A stretch of DNA of 63,162 bases, filler included, from Trichomonas gallinae (lineage: Eukaryota), in NCBI GenBank assembly GCA_008369845.1. It is 9 parts of 9 records of this genome, joined end to end, with 100 filler letters (N's around TTAATTAATTAA, not from the genome) between each part and the next. Parts side by side here need not be neighbours in the genome. Positions count along the whole stretch, not along the records: positions 24,470 to 39,927 come from MRSU01001596.1; positions 40,028 to 49,658 come from MRSU01001599.1; 7 more parts are not named here. One strand, written 5' to 3'. The notes under the pieces were generated by a model. The model searched no databases. It saw nothing but the letters and a program-made list of their open reading frames with translations, and was not told the origin of the DNA. Position 1 is the stretch's first letter. Each line of letters opens with the position of its first letter. Made by a program: the position numbers and the translations under genes. Below, in pieces: positions 34,105 through 45,900 of the stretch.

Positions 34105-35325
34105 TTAATAAAAATTTTATAGGATTTGATGTGAAAACACCATAAATGAGCTTATTTTTATATTTTAAATAATGCCATAGATCAACTTTACATGACAGAG
34201 AGTCAAAAAATTAGGCAGGGGGTACCCTTTGTATTTCATTTTCAAATGAACATCGATGCTTTCCCCGCATATCATAATCAGTAATATGAATACCAGTAAT
34301 TATCTTTTGTATCGCTATGCTGCAATGAAAATGAATGCGATAATTCATCGTATTTTCTATCTCAACTCAAGGTTTTATAGCACCAAAAGCTTTAAGAAGA
34401 GAAAGAAAACGCAAAACATCATTACATTAATTCATAATTTACGAATCTTTCACTTCTACTTGAAGAGAAGTCGATTACAGCTTGACACTTGTTTCTATCG
34501 CTTGCTTATGTGGGGAAGATTTGTCGATCATGATAATGAAGCAATTTGCGACTGGTCCAGCAGCAGAACGCTGTCTGAACTGTGAAAAAATTTCGATCTG
34601 AAAAAAATTGCTCTTTTCTCTTTTATATAGTTAATTAATTAAGTAATAATTGGACTATACTAGTTATAAAGATTATAATTTGAGAGTCTGATAGCTGAAA
34701 ATTTGAATTTTAAAACCAAAATAATAATTAGAATGTTTTAACTTGTAAAGTCATTCATATGAATTTAAAAGTAATAGTGATAATAATTTTAGCTGTATCA
34801 ATGAAACTGAGGTTATAAATTATTTTTTCAAATTAAATTTTGGAGTTTATATCAGGTAATAGAACATTAATCTAATTTTCATCTAATTAATCGAATTGTA
34901 AACATGCTTTTGTATATTGATGAGTTTTAATCAGAAATGACTAAACTAATTTGCTGTTAAATCGATCAAATAAGTAAAATTTGCTTCGAAATTATTTTTT
35001 TCCGACCTTGGACGTAATATTAATCGATTATCTCTTGTTTATGTAAAAAATCGAATAGAATATTGTTAATGCAATGATATTTCATCAATAAACGAAAGAC
35101 ATAAATGCAGAGAAATCCACTGGAATGAATATTATACTGCTGACATAACAATTTGCTATTGATAATTAAAAGATAAAAAACAAATAAAAATTATTATGAT
35201 AAAAATGTAAATTTTTTAGTATATTCATTATTATATGATGCAAATAATGCTATTTTTTGTTTTTAATTTTTTTTGAATATGAGTTCGGCCGGCCACTAAG
35301 GGACGATAGAGAAATTAACTACAGA

Positions 35326-36504
35326 ATGGCAGCAAAGGCTCCAACAGCAAGAAAGCAACTCGTTAAGTTCAGCAAGACCCTTACAATGGGTATTGTTGGC
35401 ATGCCAAACGTCGGTAAGTCTCTTCTTTTCAACCTTCTCTCAAAGCGCGATCTCGCCGCAACACAGAACTATCCTTTCTGCACAATTGATCCAAACGTTG
35501 CTCGCGTAGAAGTTCCAGATGAGCGCTTCACAGAACTCTGCAAGATTTTCCATCCAAAGAGCGAAGTTCCAGCTACATTATCTATTACTGATATTGCTGG
35601 TCTCGTTCGTGGTGCCTGCAAGGGTGAGGGTCTCGGTAACGAGTTCCTTTCTCACATTAAGGCTGTTAACGGCATTTATCAGGTCGTCCGTGTGTTCGAT
35701 GATCCAGATGTTACACACGTCGAAGGCACAGTCGATCCAGTCCGTGATCTTGAGATCATCAGTGAAGAGCTCCGTCAGAAGGATCTTCAGTGGCAGAGAA
35801 ACACATACGATGACCTCAAAAAGAAGATGGTCTGCGAACCACGTAAGTACAAGGATGAATTCGAACTCGCTGGAAAGGTTCTCGAATACCTCGAAAACAA
35901 CACAGCTCCAATCCGCTCTGGAACATGGAACGAGGTTGAAACAGCTTATATCGAAACACTCAACCTTCTCACAGCTAAGCCAACAATCTACCTCTTGAAC
36001 CTCGACAAGAAGTCATTTACAACAAAGCGCAACAAATGGCTCCCACTCGTTGCTAAGTGGGTTAAGGAACATACAAACGAGCCAGTTATCCCATTCTGCG
36101 CTTGCTACGAGCAGGAACTCGAAGAATTAGGCGAGGAAGGTGCTAAGGCTGAAATCGAGAAGACAGGCGCACCATCTATGATCCCACGTATTATCCGTAA
36201 TGGTTTCCACGATCTTGGCCTTATCAACTTCTTCACATGCGGCCCAGATGAGGTTCGCAGCTGGACAGTTAGAGATGGTGCTACAGCTCCAATCGCTGGT
36301 GGTGTTATTCACACAGATTTCTGCGAGAAGTTCATTCGTGCAAACGTTTACTCCTATGATGATATCCATGAACATCGCACAGAAGCTGCTGTTAAGGCTG
36401 CTGGTAGGCTTCGTACAGAAGGCAAGAACTACATCGTTAAGGATGGTGATGTCATGTTCTTCCTTCACGGTGCTGGCTCTGGTGGTAGCAACAAGAAGCA
36501 TTAA
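35326..36504 (+). CDS. OLA1: Obg-like ATPase 1 (YchF/OLA1)
   Basis: GIVGMPNVGKS, NYPFCTIDPN, DIAGLV, GEGLGNEFL, TGS-domain FFTCGPDEVRSW and YIVKDGD. ATG at 35326. Confidence 0.96.
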   Translation: MAAKAPTARKQLVKFSKTLTMGIVGMPNVGKSLLFNLLSKRDLAATQNYPFCTIDPNVARVEVPDERFTELCKIFHPKSEVPATLSITDIAGLVRGACKGEGLGNEFLSHIKAVNGIYQVVRVFDDPDVTHVEGTVDPVRDLEIISEELRQKDLQWQRNTYDDLKKKMVCEPRKYKDEFELAGKVLEYLENNTAPIRSGTWNEVETAYIETLNLLTAKPTIYLLNLDKKSFTTKRNKWLPLVAKWVKEHTNEPVIPFCACYEQELEELGEEGAKAEIEKTGAPSMIPRIIRNGFHDLGLINFFTCGPDEVRSWTVRDGATAPIAGGVIHTDFCEKFIRANVYSYDDIHEHRTEAAVKAAGRLRTEGKNYIVKDGDVMFFLHGAGSGGSNKKH

Positions 36505-36892
36505 ATTTTAATAAAACTACATCTTTTAACAAACTTTCCAAAGAAATCAATCTGATCGTTAAAATCCCGGCTCGAATTCCTCCAACCAATGGCTACAAAA
36601 TCACGCCATTGATCAAAAACCAAGCTTTCGAATTTTGACAAAATGTGACATTTCTTGTTTGAAACTTTTATAAACATCATAGATATTTTAATGGTAAAGC
36701 ATATGTCAATGATAGATACTATGGGCAGAGTACTAGCCCGATTTTTAAGCTACATTTTTCCTAAATTTTCTTTATAACAATATTAATTTTGTTGATTAAA
36801 AAGGATTTAGCATATTTAATGCATTCTATATTCAATCAAAAAATCGTAAAATCTAAAATCATGTCTCTTTCTGTAAACCATACAATATTCCA

Positions 36893-38323
36893 ATGACTCG
36901 TGTTATAGCGACAACTGTCAACGGAATTAAAACTTACCACATCACATCTGAATCAGCGACACCTGAACACTACGGCCAGCGCGCTAATAGACGCATTGGT
37001 ACACACTCATCACTCAAAAATAAAGTCGAACTCATCGCAGAATTCGAATTTTCGGGCAGTTCAAGAAATATCGATGTTACAAGTGATGGTATGACACTTG
37101 CCGTATCTGGTGAGTATCCACCTGTAATCAAAATATTCGACCTTGTTGATTTATCACAAGTTACTCTTTACTCACTTAAAGGAATGCCTTCTCATTTCCA
37201 GTTTTTGTCAGAAGACTGGGCAAAACTCGTTTCTTTAAGACCAGACAGAAAATTAGATTTTTATAATAAAGGTGGTGACCTTTTCTCAGTTCCATTACCT
37301 TTCCGCTGCCGTCATTTTGCCTATGCTAAGCCAACTGCTAATCTATTCCTTGCTTCAGAAGATTCTCAATTATTACGCCTAAATCTTGAGTTTGGACAGT
37401 TCATTGAATCTGTCCATACTGGTCCAAAGGTTGCTAACAAGGTTGCAATTGCTGAAGAGTATCAAATTATTTGTGCAGGATTTGAATCTGGAGAAATTGA
37501 GTTTTATGACCCAAGAGATGCATCACGTTCTGCTGTTGCATCTGTTGACGTAGGATCTGAAGTTACACAACTAGCTTTCGATAAATCTGGTCTTAAACTC
37601 GCCGTTGGCCTCGCAAACGGCACAGTTCCACTCTTCGACATCCGTAACTCCAACCCAGTCTTCACATACTCGCACAGAAACAACTCCCCAATCAACACAG
37701 TCGTTTTCCATCCATCAGGAAAGTTATTATCATCAGATAGAAGAGGCTGCAGAATCTACGACTCAGATACAGGCGAGTTCTTCACTTCTTTCGAGACGAA
37801 AGCTGCCTTAAACCAGATTATGCCTTTCCAGAACTCTGGCCTCATCTTCGGCACAGTCGAGACGGAGCGCGTTCAAGTCATGCTTATCCCAGAGCTCGGC
37901 CCTGCACCAAGATGGGCTTCTTTCCTCGACAACGTCATCACAGATGTCGAAGAGGAGAAGGAAGCTGGTACAGAACTCTTCCAGGACATGAAGTTCATCA
38001 CGCGTGAAGAGATTGAAAAGTTCGACATGCACCATCTTATCAAGTCTTCAGTTTTGAAACCATACATGCACGGTTTCTTCATCCCAAGAGAGCTCTACAG
38101 ACTCATTACAGACAAGACAGGCGGAGCCACTGATGGCGACTACTCCAAGTGGGTTAAGAGCATCAGGACAATCAGGGAAGAAGCCAAGGAGAAGACGAAG
38201 ATCGCTCCAGAAAGGAAACAGAAGAGAAGAGACCAGGGCGATTTAGAGGTCACAGAATTCGACTCAAAGAGACAGGCTAAGAAGAAGAAACAGGCACAGC
38301 ACGACCCATACTACAAGGATTAA
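36893..38323 (+). CDS. NOL10: Nucleolar protein 10 / Enp2 (WD40; SSU processome)
   Basis: VELIAEFEF, GEYPP, RLNLEFGQF, IPELGPAPRWASFLDN, YMHGFFI. Confidence 0.92.
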   Translation: MTRVIATTVNGIKTYHITSESATPEHYGQRANRRIGTHSSLKNKVELIAEFEFSGSSRNIDVTSDGMTLAVSGEYPPVIKIFDLVDLSQVTLYSLKGMPSHFQFLSEDWAKLVSLRPDRKLDFYNKGGDLFSVPLPFRCRHFAYAKPTANLFLASEDSQLLRLNLEFGQFIESVHTGPKVANKVAIAEEYQIICAGFESGEIEFYDPRDASRSAVASVDVGSEVTQLAFDKSGLKLAVGLANGTVPLFDIRNSNPVFTYSHRNNSPINTVVFHPSGKLLSSDRRGCRIYDSDTGEFFTSFETKAALNQIMPFQNSGLIFGTVETERVQVMLIPELGPAPRWASFLDNVITDVEEEKEAGTELFQDMKFITREEIEKFDMHHLIKSSVLKPYMHGFFIPRELYRLITDKTGGATDGDYSKWVKSIRTIREEAKEKTKIAPERKQKRRDQGDLEVTEFDSKRQAKKKKQAQHDPYYKD

Positions 38324-38641
38324 TGATGAAAAACAGGGTAGACAATAAGTTGTATAGAAATATAGAGTATCATCTAAAGTTTTATTATTATTATATTATT
38401 ATAGTGATTATTCATCATAGATAAAGTATACCATGATTATTATATTGATTTGGATACTTCCTTTTCACATATTACACGCTTCAAATAGTATCGATCTCAA
38501 TAGATTTGATTTTTCACAAATTGTACTGGAAAAAACACATTTAATTTAATAAGAATGTTACTATAACAAAAGATATTCATAAATTTCATGAAAAAGAAAT
38601 ATTTCCCTGCTTATTTTTATCAGCCCCTACAATAAAAAAAG

Positions 38642-39322
38642 ATGTCTATGTCTGAGCCTAGGCGCCAAGCTTGCATGAAAATTACACGCAAGCTTATGAA
38701 GTATCCCTGCGCTAGACTTTTTTTGCATCCTGTTGACACGACAGGATTAACAGATTATAACGATGTTATCAAATCACCACAAGACCTTACTTCAATTTAC
38801 AATAGACTTGTCAATAAAGAATACCCTACAATCGAATCATGGGAACATGACATGGTTTTGTTGTGGTATAACTGCGAAAAATATAATGGTCATGATTCAG
38901 TTCCATTTCTCGTTGCTCAGTGTTTGAATGAGCACTATAAAGCATTGCGTGATCGATATTTGGTATATGATTTTATGCTCTGGAGCGCACAAGTTAAAAA
39001 TCTACAAAAACAATTGGATCAGCTCTTAGCTGAGCCTCCTGTTGTCACCAAGAACTTTTTCCCAACACTTAATGTTGGCCGCCAAAAGAATACAACATTT
39101 AGAGAAGCAGAATATCAAAGTTTATTCAAATCGATCTCAAAATTAACATCTCCTGCGGATACACTATTCTTTGTCAATACATTTTATAAAAATGAGCCTC
39201 AAATTCCTGCTCAGCAAGATCCTTTATCAGTTGATTTGAGAACTTTATCATACGATTCTTTAGTTGAGCTCCGCAAATACACTAAGAAGAGGTGTCAAGA
39301 AATGGGCATTAAGTATGAATAA
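38642..39322 (+). CDS. Bromodomain protein with ET-like C-terminus
   Basis: FLHPVD...DYNDVIKSPQDL...LLWYNCEKYN (conserved Asn present); VDLRTLSYDSLVELRKY. Confidence 0.9.
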   Translation: MSMSEPRRQACMKITRKLMKYPCARLFLHPVDTTGLTDYNDVIKSPQDLTSIYNRLVNKEYPTIESWEHDMVLLWYNCEKYNGHDSVPFLVAQCLNEHYKALRDRYLVYDFMLWSAQVKNLQKQLDQLLAEPPVVTKNFFPTLNVGRQKNTTFREAEYQSLFKSISKLTSPADTLFFVNTFYKNEPQIPAQQDPLSVDLRTLSYDSLVELRKYTKKRCQEMGIKYE

Positions 39323-39661
39323 TCAAAGTTTTTTTTTATTTCAACAAATTTATTTCTTTCTATCGACAAATAGTAATTACAAATACTATGTATAAGACTG
39401 ATATTAGAAGTTGTTTATCAATTTCATCAAAATAGATATTATGATGATTATGATAACAATTGCATTTATAAAACCAGTAGTTGGTTCTAGCTATATATAT
39501 ATTATAAATGTTTTGAATATAAAGTAAAATTGTTTCGTGAAATTCTTGATTTTATATTTAAAAACAAAAAATGACCTCTTTTTTCAGCAGTCAAATGACT
39601 GATTTATTATTGAGTTCTATTGAAAATTAAAAATTCAATTATATATTAATTTAATTATATA

Positions 39662-40105
39662 CAGTGACCCCATTTTGAAGCCGGTAAACCGTATCGAAGC
39701 CGGTGGCAGTGTCAGATTGTTAGGACAATTTTATATCAATATTAAAACCTTAACTTCGAGAATAGGATAGCTCAATGGAATATACTCTTTTTAGTGGAAG
39801 CGGGTTCATTTCCGACACTTTTTCAAGCTTTTTTTCTTTTTTGAATATTTATTCTCGGCGTGATTGTAAAAGATGTTACTGATTATACATATGAGTTTTT
39901 GATATTCCATTCTTTCCAATAGATATANNNNNNNNNNNNNNNNNNNNNNNNNNNNNNNNNNNNNNNNNNNNTTAATTAATTAANNNNNNNNNNNNNNNNN
40001 NNNNNNNNNNNNNNNNNNNNNNNNNNNTTGATATAAAATTGTCCTAACAATCTGACACGGCCACCGGCTTCGATACGGTTTACCGGCTTCAAAATGGGGT
40101 CACTG
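39662..40105. mobile_element. Tc1/pogo-like DNA transposon termini flanking a gap
   Basis: 78-bp inverted repeats at 39662-39739 and 40028-40105 (one mismatch), starting CAGTG after TA, with internal direct repeat GAAGCCGGT x2. Confidence 0.75.
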
Positions 40106-40192
40106 TTTTGAAAAAAAATATTTAAAAATTAATAAAGATAATTTAAAATATAATAATACTGAATAGAACTTTATAAAATTTTAATAAACAAA

Positions 40193-41611
40193 TCATTGAG
40201 AAACGATTTTCACGTATTCTTCTTCAAGATCTTGAAGGTGTTCTTGTACGGCAAGTAGCTGCATTGCCATAAATTCGCAGTCTGGAGACAATCTTGTGAA
40301 TGGAGTCACTGCTTTGATGTAGCTACTTAAATCATTAAAGTTTGGAACATCACTGGCAATGCAAACACCCAATATGATAGAAAATATTGTTTCAAAAGGA
40401 GGCAATGTGGATATTTCTTCAGCTGTTGGTTCTCGTTGAAGCTTCATTAATAATAATGATTTTCGAATTTCTTGGATTGCATCATGGCCAACTGTAAACA
40501 TATCAATTGGACTTGTGTAAAAAGATAATGATGAAAATTCTTGAATTGCATTCTTCACGTAAGGATCAAACAAAAATGCATCGCCAATCCTAGTTTCTGC
40601 TGGATAAGGTTCCAAACATGTAGGATCTGGTAGTATTTTATTCATTGGCAAATCACGAAGACGTAAAATCGAAGTAAAATTCGGATTTTTCAATTTTTGT
40701 TCATAAACAACTTCGTAACTTCTATCTATCATTTGTCTGTAGAGCAATGCAATTGTTATTGAATTCAAGTCTTGATTATTTGTCATTGGGAATATTTGAG
40801 CAATCTTTTTTACGCAATTATCGCCAAATTCTTCGAAATTTGCTTCTGCCGATTCCAAGATGAATTTATCTATAATTGCGCCCTCTTTTGATGCAAATTT
40901 AAAAAGATAAATACTTAATCCAATTTCTTCTGGTAAATTTCCAAAATTAAAGTTGTTTTTCTTTGCTATTTCGTATACTTGATCGCGAAGATTGTTAAAA
41001 TACTTCTTGATATTAGAAATGTAAATTGGAGGCTTCAAATAGAGGATTTCTTTCCTTACTCGTTTATAATAATACATTAGCGACTGATATAAAAACTGAT
41101 ATTGCGTGTTGAATTTAACATCGAAGAATTTGCTATCAATATCGAAAATAACTGAATTATTGTCGTATTCTTTGAACAGCTCTGTAAAATACTTTATCTG
41201 TGAAATTCTAAGCAAAATCGAGTTCAAAAAGTCTGTAATAAACTGAAGTCGATATCTTAAATATGTATCTCGAGCAAAAATGCATTTTCTGATTTTCATA
41301 TTTTCCTCAGACTCATTGTAGTATAAATTAGTGTGCCAGCTAGGCCTTTTAACTGTGAATGCCGTGTATTTTGTGAGTTTATATTCTGCCCTGTCTAATT
41401 CAGCTATATATAATGTTTTAACCTTTTCTATTCGCATTCCAAATGAAGATAACTTGTCTTTTAGCTTATTGTGAGCTTTGTAACAATTTTTTTCAAATTG
41501 TGCATCATTTTCTGATTCTTTTTTAGAGACGATGACCAAGAACTCTTTCATTGTCGGATGCAGCGACAGCCAATCTTCATATGACTTTGGAGGCTCCTTT
41601 TCTTCCTCCAT
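40193..41611 (-). CDS. VPS9-domain-like protein (putative Rab5-family GEF)
   Basis: C-terminal AIQEF...SPIDM...PFETIFSIILGVCIASDVPN...YI...CEF...L.AVQEHL follows the VPS9 helix pattern. Start probably MEEEK at 41611. Confidence 0.65.
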   Translation of the reverse strand: MEEEKEPPKSYEDWLSLHPTMKEFLVIVSKKESENDAQFEKNCYKAHNKLKDKLSSFGMRIEKVKTLYIAELDRAEYKLTKYTAFTVKRPSWHTNLYYNESEENMKIRKCIFARDTYLRYRLQFITDFLNSILLRISQIKYFTELFKEYDNNSVIFDIDSKFFDVKFNTQYQFLYQSLMYYYKRVRKEILYLKPPIYISNIKKYFNNLRDQVYEIAKKNNFNFGNLPEEIGLSIYLFKFASKEGAIIDKFILESAEANFEEFGDNCVKKIAQIFPMTNNQDLNSITIALLYRQMIDRSYEVVYEQKLKNPNFTSILRLRDLPMNKILPDPTCLEPYPAETRIGDAFLFDPYVKNAIQEFSSLSFYTSPIDMFTVGHDAIQEIRKSLLLMKLQREPTAEEISTLPPFETIFSIILGVCIASDVPNFNDLSSYIKAVTPFTRLSPDCEFMAMQLLAVQEHLQDLEEEYVKIVSQ

Positions 41612-42238
41612 TAATTTTTTTGCCAAAATCCTTACAAAATATTTGTCATGTAAATGTGATTTATGACATGTAAATTTTCTGGATTTTCCAAAAAATTCGA
41701 ACAAATAATGCTTAATCTACCTGAAATACATCTACTATTACAATCTGTAGATACTTAAATAATTATAGTAGTGTTCTCACCATTAAAAAGTTGATTCAAT
41801 ATATTAAATTTAAAAAGTTCAACGTAAACACTATCTAAAATTCAATAATTTTGATAATTTCTACTATTTAAATGTGAATCACCGTGTTAAATCTTTCATT
41901 CTAAGCTTTTTATTATTCAAAATTTTTGAAATTTGAAAAAATGAATAATAAAAATTACATTTTTATTTTAATTTTTAAAAATTTGTTTAAATTGGAGTTA
42001 TAAAACCATTATTAAATAGGCGGGATGGCTCGATATTTAAATTTCTATTGACACATAGATCTAAATGCAATCATTATCCAGAACTTCACAAAATTAATTT
42101 CTGATTTAACACAGAAAGTTATCAAAATCATCTTAAATTTTAATAATAATATTATGAAGTTATATATATTATAAATATGATATAAAAAAGCCAAAAAACA
42201 AAAATAAAAACTATGCCCGTTTAGAAATAAATTATGAA

Positions 42239-42697
42239 ATGAGTGCAAAAATTCCACCAGCCAGGCGTTTTCCTAAGAGGCTCTCCCAGCAAGAACTAAA
42301 GGAGAAGACCACAAAATATATGAACGAGAATGGTGCCGACAACCATTTCAAGGCTCAATACTATCTTGAAGCTGCAAAGTTGGTTGTTGGAATGAATGAC
42401 CAAATGTTCTTTACTCTTCAGCCAAATATTCATCATTCAGATTACAAAAACAAAGCATGGAACAGAGTTTTTCAATACGTTCTTCAATATTTAGAAGAAA
42501 ACGAAATGTTACTGACAGCAGAATCCATCAAGAAAGAATGTGACTCTGCTGGTCTACCAAAGAATGAGGAAAATATTGAAAATATTGAAGAATTCCACGA
42601 AACTTTGATTGATCTTGCAGAATCTCTTGCTTCTAAAGACTTCAAAGCACGCGTATCAGAATGGAAGGTAGAAGATGCCAAAGGATTGAAGAAGTAA
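42239..42697 (+). CDS. Small LisH protein, FOP/FOR20/TONNEAU-like
   Basis: TOF-like ELKEKTTKYMNENGADNHFKAQ and LisH YVLQYLEENEMLLTAESIKKE. Confidence 0.6.
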   Translation: MSAKIPPARRFPKRLSQQELKEKTTKYMNENGADNHFKAQYYLEAAKLVVGMNDQMFFTLQPNIHHSDYKNKAWNRVFQYVLQYLEENEMLLTAESIKKECDSAGLPKNEENIENIEEFHETLIDLAESLASKDFKARVSEWKVEDAKGLKK

Positions 42698-42954
42698 TTA
42701 TACTTTTCTTATATAAACGATCATGTTATATTTTAATAAACGCTAAAATTTACAATTACTGGTATTTTTATTTGTAAAATCATCACTAATCCACATTTCT
42801 AATGGAGATAAGACAAAATAACGAAATATGAAATATTTCATATTTCTTTAAAATTGATTTTTTGGCGATAAAACCTGGATGAATCGACTAGGTTAAATGT
42901 GTGGATTAAAAATATAGATTAACCTTATCAACATGTAAGATTTTAAAATTAAAA

Positions 42955-45900
42955 ATGAACGAAAGTCGCTTAAACATCCAGAATCTGATGGATTATGTAC
43001 AAGTTGAATATGGTGCCAAGCCCATAACATTCAAGAACGAGCCAATCAAGGATGCATCTGTTGATGTAACAGATATCAGATCGTTAATTTACTTTTTATC
43101 GACGAGAGATCTTCCACAGCCGGATTCACCATTCTCAGAACTTCGAAAAATCTATATAGAGACTATTCCATTTACCGAAATCAAAAGGCAAATTGATAAA
43201 CAAGTAAATTGTTTATCTGCACTGACAGGGAATCCAGATGGCTACAAAAAGTTGCTCATTGATAATATTCCGCAGTTTACATTATGGAACTACATGATTT
43301 CAGACCCTTTCAACGTAAATTTGAGTAAAAAAGATATGAATCTACAGAAAACATTCTTCGAAAAGGCAATGAAGGACATAAAATACCAAATTGACGCCAT
43401 ATACGAGCTAAATAAACAGAAATTAATGGGTGGTTACTCACCAACTCAGAGTGTTCAACTTTTGATTGGAGCAACCTCACCGTTTTTGCAGGAAATCATT
43501 TATAACATTGATGAAAGTATCGAAAATAGTAGCATTCAGCCATATAAAAAACTAATATTGTCGGCAAAAAGTTTATTTGAAGAAGTTGCAAATGAGACAA
43601 CTTTAGCATTTGTAGGTTCGCGTGATCATTTTTCGCAAGCAAACTACGATTTATTGTATTCAATACGTGAGAAACTCTATCAATTCATTTTTTATAGTGG
43701 ACATATTGATAAATTAACTAATTCCGGTCTTTCTAAGAGTTTATCAGTATTTTTATATCATATTGACAACATACTTTACGCTCTTACTGCAATTCCACGC
43801 AATAAATGCAATCTTATCGATGTATCAACTGCTGCGCTTGATTTAACTAGGATAATCAAAGAAATTATTGTCGGCAACGAGTTGTTACCGTTCATTGATA
43901 CGATACATGAAGCTTATCGCGGTGGATTCATGATTCAAGGAACAAATCAGCAATTAAATGAATTATTAGACATGATTTCTGATGATTTTGAGAAAAGGGT
44001 TGTTCTACACGCTTTCAGATACGATCCTATCAAAGGATATTTCCTATCTGTAGCAATGGCGAGGCTAAATACTTCAGTTTCGAAGATTGATTTTGATCAA
44101 GGCATTTTCGTGCCTTCTGATGAAGCTTTCGACTTAGAGCCATTCATAAATGACATTAAGAGCATCAGAAACAAGGTTGTTAACAAAGAACACAACAAAT
44201 TAATCGATTTGAAAATTAATGAATTCGAAAAATATTATATTAACACTTCAACAACAGCAAAAAGCATATATCCAGTTACAAGAGAGTCAGAAAACGCCTA
44301 TAATGAGCTTCCTTCAGTTCACAGAATTTTAAATGAAATTAAAATCACTGAAGAATACACAGACATCGATGAAATCACCGAATTGATACAAAATTCATAT
44401 AACAAAATCGTCAAATCATTCCCATCAGTTGATATTTCCAAAGATAAAACGATTTTCTTCATGTGCGGAGAGAGACTCAATAAAACCATCTACGAAATCA
44501 ACACGAAAATCAGGAAATCAATATCAGACCAATCATCGAATTCACTTGCAGAAGGAGTCTCTTTTGCCTTGGAATGCGCAGCAAATGAAATAGAAGGAGT
44601 CTACAAAAAGAACAACAACTATTCCAAGATTTACCTAAAAATCAGAGAAATGAATGAACGCTACAAACATATTAAAACACGCGCCACGATGCCATCGATA
44701 TCCATATACGCAGATATAATGCGCGATGACATAGAGTTCATGTCGAAAAGAGTTGATGTCGATGATTATTACAGGGAATGTTTCATCAACAAACATTTTG
44801 AATCAGCAACTGATTTGCTTTCGAAATTTTTATCACTTATTGCAATGTCACAGTCGGATAATTTAACTGACAAAAGTATCAACAAACTCTTGGAAAGCTC
44901 CGTTACGCATTTGTCCAAATTTTACGAAAGTTTTATTATCGGCGAACCATATTCAACTGTTTTTGGAATTTTTGTAAGAAAGCAACGCTATTTGTTCAAC
45001 TCAATCAACCAGAAATATATAACAATACACAGAGGCTTTGCCAACGAACTGATAAAGCACTTATCTATATTACAAGGAGCCCTTGAGAATTCTCTTTCAG
45101 CTGTAGTACTTAATAAAGCGCTTTTTGACAGTCTCAGCGATTGTATCATTGATGTTGCCAAAGCAAAATATGTTGTATCAAGATTGGAATTCAATTATTC
45201 TAATGACGAAAACATAATCAAAGCACTCGATGAAATCAAAGATTTGCTAGGTTTGATATTAAGTGCATCAAAAGGAAATCAAAAATACAACGAAGCGATG
45301 CTAAAAGTTCAATCAGAGTTAAGCATGATTTACAAGAGATTCTCGCCAACATCACCAAGAGATGGAACAGAAATAACAGATACAGCTGACTCTGTTTCAA
45401 TTTGCATTTCAATTATAACAGAACAAATGAAATTTAGAAATCATGAATCATACGCAAAACTCGATGATCTTCGCAAGGTTTTCAACAAGCTCCTAGTAGT
45501 ATTAAAATGCAATGAAATTGAACTCGAACAAGTAGAATCAATCATCAGTAAATTCATTGGTACTCCACTAGAAAAATATATAGCAATCGTCTCAGAAAAA
45601 TCGTCGCTTTCAGATGAATTTATTGCTCAAGCTCGAAAGCTTTTAGGTGATGATAGACCAACAGTGTCTGATGTTGTTGAGTTATGTGATGAGTGTCTTG
45701 AAAAATATCATGAAAGAAACTATGGTGATATTCTTGGTCCACTTTTTGGTTATTATTGCGAAGATAAAGAAGTTATTTTCCAAACAGTTTCATTGCTGAA
45801 TGGTTCGGAAAATGACGCTGTAAGAGGATTATTTGCCCTTAATTCATTAGCTAGACAACTTAACAACGAAATTCCAAAGAAAGAAGATGTTCTTTTTTAC

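Noticed and set aside
34256..34585. 109-aa plus-strand ORF
   Set aside because: No protein-like motif or typical codon usage; likely non-coding or repeat-derived.
34631..34642. TTAATTAATTAA without flanking Ns
   Set aside because: Plausible by chance in very AT-rich DNA; no other evidence of a join.
36563..36612. 7-bp hairpin CAATGGC...GCCATTG and a B-box-like string after OLA1
   Set aside because: No cloverleaf, snRNA loop or snoRNA boxes; too weak to call.
39761..39825. Functional tRNA gene
   Set aside because: No acceptor, D or anticodon stems can be formed; only A/B-box-like motifs remain.
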